Shown: positions 25,325-34,300 of the stretch, one piece after another
Layout of the letters: the number at the start of each line of letters is the position of its first letter
Numbering within the stretch: the first letter of the stretch is position 1
Source: an uncultured Candidatus Micrarchaeota archaeon
GTDB lineage: Archaea > Micrarchaeota > Micrarchaeia > Anstonellales > Anstonellaceae
Reading direction: 5' to 3'
Assembly (NCBI GenBank): GCA_903923795.1
Contig: CAIXYX010000139.1
Coordinates: 1-52,303, forward strand
DNA: 52,303 nt
Translations under genes and position numbers: made by a program
The notes under the pieces: generated by a model
What the model saw: only the letters and a program-made list of their open reading frames with translations
The model's database searches: none
What the model was told of the DNA's origin: nothing

Positions 25325-28204
25325 TCAGGCGATTATGATGCTCGGCTTGCCCGGCAGCGCATTGGCGGTTTTGGCCGAGAGCGCCGATGGCGCCTCTTTC
25401 TCGTGCAGAACCTCGATTTTCGCGCCCGAGAATTCGGTTGACAAGAAGCCGATTGAGTCCGTTAGCACTTCCATCTCCTCTTTTGCCTCTAATGTTTCGC
25501 CTGTGATTGCGCCGATGTTTTTGATGAGCTTGCCGGCGAGCGCGGCAACCTGCGGCTGGAGTTTTGCCAACTCGGAATCTGTTTTGGCCGCATCCATCAC
25601 GGCACGGATATTTTTGTGCTCGGCAACAAGCGCGCGAACTTTCTTTTTCCAATCAGCATGCACTATGAGTGTGATAGATTCGGGTTTGTCTTTTTTGATG
25701 AGCGCGCAGATGTGGCGGATGTCCTCCATGACATTCTGCAAATACGCCTCGCCCATCTCGAGGCGGAAGTCTATCTGTTTCTCATCGGCCTTGGGGAAAC
25801 GGGCGGACACCACAAGAGATGCATCATCAACAAACTTCTTTTTGCCCAACCTCTCCCAGAACTCCTCGGCAACATGAGGCATGATGGGCGCGGCCATGAG
25901 CGTCCATAATTCAAAGAATTCGCGCAGATTCCCAGAGTGGGCGTCGTCGTTCGGACTTCTGCGGGCATACCACTGCAAGTCGTTTATCGTGTCATAGAGC
26001 AATGCCCTTGCCAGCGGGCGCAGCTCGAAATTCTCGTATTGTGCCGGAGCATCGCGCAGGCGGGCATGCAGGCGCGAGTAGAACCAGCGCGAGATGCGGT
26101 CGCGTTTGGGGTGGCGCGCACTGGCAGATGCGTGAGATGCATGCACTGCGGATGTTTTCGTCTCTGTGGTTTTCTCAAGCAGGCTTTCGAGCGTGTTGAT
26201 TCTGTTTGCCACTCCCTCGGCGGCCGCCTGGTTGAAGTCTGAATCCGCCTCGAGTTCGGCCGAGCTGGTCACGACGAACCGTATGACATCGGTACCATAC
26301 TGCGCGATGGCTTTGCGCAAGGGCAGGATGTTGCCCATGCTTTTCGACATCTTCTTGCCCTCCATGGTTACGAAGCCGTTCGAGACTGTTTGCTTCGGCC
26401 AGTGCCTCTTCTCGAATATGGCCGTGTGGTTGAATATGAAATACGTCAGGTGGTTGTGCACCAAATCATGCGCCGAATGGCTCGAGTCGAGCGGATACCA
26501 GTAGAGGAATTCGGCGCGGGCGGCCGCCCAATCTGCCGAAGGCTTGGCATCGGCGGGCTTTTTCCCCAAAAACACGTAGTCGAAGAATTCGTTGTTTATG
26601 GAGTCTGCGCCGCTTTTTTTCTCCATCTTCTTTGCGATGTGCGCGATGGCATAGAATGCCATGTAGATGGTGGAATCCGACAGAGCCTCTATCATCTGCG
26701 TCTCGTCGAATGGGAATTTGGTGCCAAGGCCAGATGCGCGCGTGCACGCTTTCTGCCGCAGCCAGCCTATGGTATACTCATAATCTTGGCGCAGGCCCGA
26801 TGGCAATATGCGCATGCCTGCCAAAGCCTCCCGCGTCTTCTCTTTCCACGCCCCGTTGCCATAGTCAATGAACCACTGGTTGTCGACTTGTTTGACAACG
26901 CATTTCGCGCCGCAGCGGCAATATACGGGCGCATTGGCGAGGATGTGCATCAAAGTGGCCGAACCGGCATTTATCAGGTCTTCCTTTATCTTCTCTTTTG
27001 CCGCGATGCCGTTCATGCCCGCGTAGGGTGCAGCTTTCATTTTGCCCTCGTGAGCCTCGAGCTTGTACAGTTGCTTGGTGGCCTCCTCGCCCCTTTGGTC
27101 ATCCTGATTTTTCACGCCCATTTTGACGCACAGCTCGCCGGCCGGGCATGAGCCGAAGCCCGGCGTGTCGAGCACCTGAATAGGCCGAATCACGTCGAGC
27201 TTGTTCAAATCCCGCAATGCGAGCCAGTCGAATGGCGCGTGCGCGGGCACGGACATGACAAGACCGGTGCCGGTGCCGGGGTCGACGAACGAGGCGGGCA
27301 GTATGGGAATCTGGTGCTTGGTGAGAGGATGAGTGGCGGTGAGAGCGAGCAATTGGTCGGCGCTGACTTCCTTTAGTTTTGTGAGCGCGAACTGGTGCGA
27401 GAGCAGCTCGAACGACTCTTTTGTCAGGTAGAGCTTTTTCTTGTGCTTGTTTATCGTGCTCTCTGCCAGCACATAATGCGCATTTGGATTCACCCACAGA
27501 TTTGTCACGCCCGGCAATGTCTCGGGCCGGTATGTTATTGTGGGGATGAAACCCATCCCAGCAGCGAAGAGGACGGCCACCACCTCTTCCATCTCGGGGT
27601 CGACATCGCCCATCGTGTCATGCCCGCCCACCGGCTGTTTGTCGGCGGGGCACCATGGCACGGGGTGTGAGCCTTTTGTTATGAGGCCGGCTGCCTGCAA
27701 TTTGCCGAACTGCCATTGGATGAAATTGTTGAAGATGGAATCAAAGGTGTAGAATTTGCGCCGCCAGTCTATCGAATAGCCCATCTCTTTCATGCCGGCC
27801 TCGATTTCGGCCGAGAAGTAAAGGACGAGGTCGCGCGGGTTGGTGAGGGTGGAGGTTGTGCTTGGCGGGATGCCGTAAATATTCTCGAAGATGTCGAACA
27901 GTTCCTTGTCCCTCGCTTCTATCCTCTTCGCCATCGCCAGAATAGGCGTGCCGGTCACATGGAAACCCATGGGGAAAAGCACGTTTTTGCCCATGCTGCG
28001 CGAATAGCGGGCGTAAATGTCTGTCGTGGTGTAGGTGCGCGCATGCCCTATGTGCTGGGGCGAATTCGGGTAGGGGAATGCGGCGGTGAGATAGAATTTG
28101 TCTTTCGCCGCGCCGCTTTTGGGCGCTTCCCCCAGCGTCGGCTCGAACACGTGGGCATGGTCCCATGCGCCCTGCCATTTCCTCTGTTGCGCGTGAAAAT
28201 CCAT
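25325..28204 (-). CDS. leuS: Leucyl-tRNA synthetase (archaeal type)
   Basis: HIGH motif (SPQHIGHARTY) and KMSKS motif (GKKMSKSMGN). The 959-aa length fits the archaeal type. Confidence 0.95.
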   Translation of the reverse strand: MDFHAQQRKWQGAWDHAHVFEPTLGEAPKSGAAKDKFYLTAAFPYPNSPQHIGHARTYTTTDIYARYSRSMGKNVLFPMGFHVTGTPILAMAKRIEARDKELFDIFENIYGIPPSTTSTLTNPRDLVLYFSAEIEAGMKEMGYSIDWRRKFYTFDSIFNNFIQWQFGKLQAAGLITKGSHPVPWCPADKQPVGGHDTMGDVDPEMEEVVAVLFAAGMGFIPTITYRPETLPGVTNLWVNPNAHYVLAESTINKHKKKLYLTKESFELLSHQFALTKLKEVSADQLLALTATHPLTKHQIPILPASFVDPGTGTGLVMSVPAHAPFDWLALRDLNKLDVIRPIQVLDTPGFGSCPAGELCVKMGVKNQDDQRGEEATKQLYKLEAHEGKMKAAPYAGMNGIAAKEKIKEDLINAGSATLMHILANAPVYCRCGAKCVVKQVDNQWFIDYGNGAWKEKTREALAGMRILPSGLRQDYEYTIGWLRQKACTRASGLGTKFPFDETQMIEALSDSTIYMAFYAIAHIAKKMEKKSGADSINNEFFDYVFLGKKPADAKPSADWAAARAEFLYWYPLDSSHSAHDLVHNHLTYFIFNHTAIFEKRHWPKQTVSNGFVTMEGKKMSKSMGNILPLRKAIAQYGTDVIRFVVTSSAELEADSDFNQAAAEGVANRINTLESLLEKTTETKTSAVHASHASASARHPKRDRISRWFYSRLHARLRDAPAQYENFELRPLARALLYDTINDLQWYARRSPNDDAHSGNLREFFELWTLMAAPIMPHVAEEFWERLGKKKFVDDASLVVSARFPKADEKQIDFRLEMGEAYLQNVMEDIRHICALIKKDKPESITLIVHADWKKKVRALVAEHKNIRAVMDAAKTDSELAKLQPQVAALAGKLIKNIGAITGETLEAKEEMEVLTDSIGFLSTEFSGAKIEVLHEKEAPSALSAKTANALPGKPSIIIA

Positions 28205-28340
28205 GGTCTGCTAGTGGATGGCGGGATTTATTATTATGATTATCCGGCCGCGCTCCCCGAGGCGAAAAAACGATGATACCGGGCGTGAATGTGCGGCTGG
28301 AACAACATTTTAGTATGGGCAATTCGCCCACACTATAGCC

Positions 28341-28350
28341 TTTTATATTA
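28341..28350 (+). promoter_or_regulatory. TATA box candidate for the giant protease gene (leaderless)
   Basis: TTTTATATTA is centred about 24 nt before ATG 28370. Confidence 0.45.
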
Positions 28351-28369
28351 CAAAACAGACGTATATACC

Positions 28370-31300
28370 ATGTCTGTTTCCAAAGATTCGCGCTTTGGCC
28401 ATCTACGTTTAGGAATAGTCGTTTTGCTCGGCCTCCTGCTCCTCGCACCAGTCATACTCGCCGCAGATGCACCCGCTCTCGCCGCATCGAATCCAGCCGG
28501 CGCCGCATCCGGACTTGCGGGCCGGATTGCCACCCAAACACAGGCAGGCCAGAACAATTCGAGCGGCCAGAATATTTCGGGCGGATTCGATTATTATGTC
28601 ATCAGATACTCCGAGCCGCCCGGAACCGCCCAAATCACCCAAATCCAAAACGCGGGCTTCGACATCATCGGCTACTCGAGCGGATTTCGATATATCGTTC
28701 GCAAAACCGCAGACGGCTCGAAACTCATATCAGCGCCAAAAATCCCGAATGCCGCCATAGAGAGATTCGCCTCTGCAGGCCTCGCGCCGCAGCTGACGAA
28801 TTTCACTGGCAAAAAGAACATCACCATACAATTCTTTCCAAGAGAGGATACGGCCGCCCTCTCGGCGAAAGTCCGCGCGATCGCCCCATCCGCACGCCCA
28901 ATCGACGTAGGCATGACGGCCGATGGCGTGAATCCGGACCAGGTCCGCCGAATCTCGGACACAAGCGGAATACAGTATATCGACGAAAACCTCCCGCTCG
29001 AAAAATTCGACAACCGCACCACGCAGATATTGGGCGCGAACCAGGTATGGGACAACCTCGGCTACACCGGAGCGGGAGTAGTGGTGGCGGTGGAGGACAC
29101 CGGCCTTGACACAGGAAACCTGTCCACCATCCACCAAGACCTGCGCGGGCGCGTGATAAATCTCACTGGGTATTGCAGCACAAATCTCAACGGCAGGGAC
29201 TATGAGGGCCATGGCACGCACGTGGCAGGCATAGCGGTTGGCAATGGCACGCTGAATCTCACAAACAAGGGCACTTCACCTGGGTCGCAACTGGTTTTTC
29301 AGGCACTCGGCTGCGCGCCGGGCGGAGGCGGGAGCACATCTACCGGCACGATAAGTCTTTTTAGATTAGCCAGTGGATTTGGCGCGCAGGTGCACACGAA
29401 TTCGTTTGGCAGCATTGTCGTCGGAAATCCGTATTACGGCACCACGGCCTCAAGCGTTGATGCGTACACCCGCAACGAGAACCCGAACATAACAATATTC
29501 TACGCCGCGGGCAACAGCGGACCTGACGCATTGTCAGTCACTCTCTCAAGCGTGGGGAAAAATATTGTGTCGGTCGGCAATGTGTATGGATACGGCGTGC
29601 CGTATTATCTCGATAACACTTCCAGCCACGGACCAGCCACAGACGGCAGGATCAAACCGGACTTGGTGGCTCCCGGAGACGGGATCTGGTCTACTTGCGT
29701 CGGCGGAGGATATTGCATGATGAGCGGGACTTCGATGGCCTCGCCCGCAGCCGCAGGTTCGGCTGCGCTGGTATATGATTATTTGGCGAGAAATCGGAGC
29801 TATTCAAGACCGAGCTCGGCGCTTGTGCGCTCGATCCTCATCGCAGGGGCAGAGCGGATCGGAACCCCGATCTACGGACCGATCCCGAACAACATAGTCG
29901 GGTTTGGCATGATCAATCTCACACGCTCGCTGGCGATCATGCGCGGATATCAGATGGATTACTCTGACTCGCAGTATCCGCTTGAGACCGGGCAGAGCGC
30001 AGCATTCTCATACACAGTCAACAATTCCAATATCCCGCTGCGTGTGGCCCTCGTCTGGACCGATCCGGCATGCACCGACGTGTACGGCACGTGCAATTCC
30101 ACGGCGCTCATAAATGATCTGGACCTCAAAGTGATAGGCCCGGATGGAAGCTGGCTGCTTGGAAACAACCAGACAGCGAATTCGACCACTGCAGATAGGA
30201 GAAATGTCATCGAGATGGCCGACATAGACTACCCGGCGCTTGGGACATACACAGTCAACGTGAGCGCGTATTCGGTCCCGTCCGGCAACCAGACATTCGC
30301 CCTGGCAGTCATTCGCGGAACTGGCCCGGGAGATTATGATAACGCAAACCGGACGATAATCCCGACATTTGACAATAGCCTGATCACGAACTTGACGTCC
30401 ACATCATTCGTCATGAACTGGTGGACCATCAATGTCGTATCGAACAGCTCGGTCAAATACAGGGCCATGCTGGTCAACCGCACGACTGGATATGTCTGCG
30501 CATTTACTGATTATCTTTATGCGACAAATTCGAGCATGGTGGGCATACACACCATACCCGTGACATCGCTCTCTCCGAACACTCTATACTATGTCACGAT
30601 AAAATCATGCTCTGCCTCCGGAGGCTGCAATGAGAGCACGCTGACACGTGACGGCCAGACGCTGGTTCTCACCACACAGGCGATTTCGGCCCCGTCAAAC
30701 AGCAATATCGCCTCGAGCCAGATAACTTATCAGAGCGCGCAGATAGGCTGGAATACCAACATCTCGGCGAACGCATCTGTCAAATACAAGGCGTCAGGAG
30801 ACGCGTCGTGGAGCTATGCAACAGATTCAGGCATGGCGAGCGCACACAACATCTCGCTTACGTCCCTCTTGGGCAGCACGACATACATATACACAGTCAA
30901 ATCATGCGTCGAGGGCGGCATGGCCAACACCTGCGGCTCGAATCCGCTCTGCACCGAGAGCGCGGAATCGAGTTTCACCACGCCCCCCGCGCCGGTCATC
31001 TACCCGAACCTCTCCTCCGTCTCGGCGAGCCAGATAACTTATCAGAGCGCGCAGGTGAATTGGGCGAGCGATGCGGCGGCGAACTCAACAGTCAAATACA
31101 AGCCATTAGCGGGCTCGGATTGGCTCTATGCTTACAATTCGAGCCTTGCGCTCGCGCACACAATGCAACTCTCCTCGCTTGCGGCAAACACCACATACTC
31201 ATACACGGTGAAATCATGCACAACATCTGGCGGATGCAATGAAAGTGATGAGCAGAATTTCACAACATCCCCACCGCCACCGCCAGTCCTCTCGCTCATC

Positions 31301-34300
31301 AGTGCAAACCAGATAACGAACCAGAGCGCGCAGATAAGCTGGCTGAGCGACCTCGCCGCCGATAGCACAGTCAAATTCAGGCCATCCGACAGCTCCACCT
31401 GGGCATATGCCACAGATGCAAGCATATCGACTGGCCATGCGCTCGCGCTCACCTCACTCTCCCCAAGCACACTCTATATCTATACCGTCAAATCATGCAC
31501 TGCTCTTGGCGGCTGCACAGAGAGTAGTGAGCAGAATTTCACAACATCACAGAATTATCCCGCGCTCTCTGCCATCTCGGCCGGCAGCATAACGGCGAAT
31601 TCGGCCAATGTGACATGGAATACGGATATGCGGGCCAATGGCACGCTCAAATACCGCGCATCATCAGACTCGTCATGGTCATATCTCTATGATTCGGACA
31701 TGACATCTGCGCACAACATCACCCTCTCGTCTCTTTCCGCCAGCACGCTCTATATATACACAGTAAAATCATGCTCCGAGTCCGGCGGGTGCACCGAGAG
31801 CGGCGAATTAAATTTCACCACGCTGGCCATCTATCCGAACCTCTCAGGCATCATGGTGTGGGGCATAACCCAGAATTCATCGAACATCTCATGGAACACC
31901 GACGCTTTGGCAAACAGCACGGTGAAATACAAGGCATTAGGCGCGTCGAATTGGGCATATGCCACCAACTCGAGCATGGTGAACGCGCACAACATCACCC
32001 TCTCCTCGCTCTCTGCGAGCACGGCATACACGTACACCGTCAGATCATGCACAGAGTCAGGCGGATGCACGGAGAGCGGCGAATTAAATTTCACGACCTC
32101 GGCGCCTCCAGCCGTATATCCGGTCCTCTCGTCGATATACGTAAGCCAGATAACGTATCAGAGCGCGCAGGTGAATTGGGCCAGCGATGTCACTGCCAAT
32201 AGCACTGTGAAATACAAACCTGCCGGCAGCCAGAATTGGCTCTATATGTATGCTTCTAGCTTCTCGACTTCGCATAATCTGACTCTCTCATCTCTTTTTG
32301 CCAGCACGCTCTACATATACACGGTGAAATCATGCACATCATCTGCGAATTGTAATGAGAGCGGTGAATTCAATTTCACCACAGGGGCCGCCCCGATCAT
32401 CCCGGTTATCTCCGCCATCTCGATAAGCCAGATAACGAACCAGAGCGCGCAGGTGAATTGGGCCAGCGATGTGGCGGCGAATAGCACACTCAAATACCGC
32501 CAGAGCCAAGACTTGGATTGGGCATACTCGGCCAACTCGAGCATGTCAACCGCGCACAATATCTCACTCGCCTCCCTCTCGGCCAACACCACGTATATCT
32601 ACACGGTAAAATCCTGCTCATCGAGCGGAGGCTGCAGTGAGAGCGTGGAGGCGAACTTCACCACGCTTGCCACATACCCGATTATCTCCAGCATCACCGT
32701 TTCGAGTATCACCTCGAACTCATCGGTGATAGCCTGGAACACAGACTTCGCGTCCAATAGCACGGTCAAGTTCAAGGCATCTGGCGCAGGCGCGTGGACT
32801 TATCTCTCGAACTCAAGCTACTCGCTCGCGCACAGCATCTCTCTCGCAGCTCTAGCACCGAACACGCTCTACATATACACAGTGAAGTCTTGCACAGCAT
32901 CAGGCGGCTGCACAGAGAGCGGGGAGGCGAACTTCACCACTTCGCTCACATATCCGATGATCTCCAATATAGTCATCACGAATACCACGTCTAATTCATC
33001 CACCATATTGTGGAGCACAGATATGCTCTCGAATGGCACAATCAAATTCAGGATAGATGGAAGCGGTTCGTGGTCATATACCTCGAATTCCAGCATAACG
33101 CTTGCACACAACATAACCCTCACGCCCCTCATGGACAGCACCACCTACAGATTCACCATCAGATCCTGCTCAGCATCAGGCGGCTGCAGCGAAAGCGTAG
33201 AGTATGGATTCACAACATTATCACCGCCCATCATCTCTCCGATCCTATCGAACATATCGGCGAGCCAGATAACGAACCAGAGCGCACAGGTGAATTGGAA
33301 TACAGATACGACTGCCAATGGCACGCTCAAGTACAGACAGAGCCAAGACTCGAATTGGGTGAGCGTGACGAACTCGAGCGGGTCATTGCAGCACAGCTTC
33401 GGCATCTCTTCGCTCTCGGCCAACACCACGTATATCTACACCGTCAGATCATGCACACAATCAGGTGGCTGCAATGAAAGCAGTGAGGCGAACTTCACCA
33501 CGCTTGCCACATACCCGATTATCTCCAGCATCACCGTCTCGAGTATCACCTCGAACTCATCGATAATAAATTGGAATACAGACTTCGTGTCGAATAGCAC
33601 AGTCAAATTCAAGGCATCTGGCGCCGGCGCGTGGACTTACCTCTCGAACTCAAGCTACTCGCTCGCGCACAGCATCTCTCTCGCATCCATCTCAGCCAAC
33701 ACGTTCTACATATACACAGTGAAGTCTTGCACAGCATCAGGCGGCTGCACGGAGAGCGGGGAGGCGAACTTCACCACCCAGTCGATCTATCCTGCGCTCT
33801 CGAACATCGCCGCGCTCGGCATCACGACAAATTCATCGATAGTGTCATGGAACACCGACATAATATCGAACTCGTCGGTGAGATACAAGGCGTCTGGGGC
33901 GTCATCATGGAGTTATGTTTCAGATGCCAGCCCAGCATTCTCGCACAGCATCGGCCTCACCCAATTGACCCCGAGCACCACGTATATTTACACAGTAGAG
34001 TCGTGCACGGCCTCCGGAGGATGCAATGAGAGTATCGAGCTCAACTTCACCACAGCGACTCCTATCGCCTACCCGAACCTCACCGCCATTTGGGCAGGCA
34101 ATATAACTTACCAAAGCGCGCAGATCAATTGGTTGAGCGATGTAGCAGCGAACGCATCCGTGAAATACAGGCAGGCCATGGACCCGAACTGGTTCTATTC
34201 ATACAACTCAAGCCTCGCACTTTCGCACAACATCTCACTCGCGTCGCTTATGGCCAACACCACATATCTCTACACAGTGAAATCCTGCTCGGCCAGCGGA

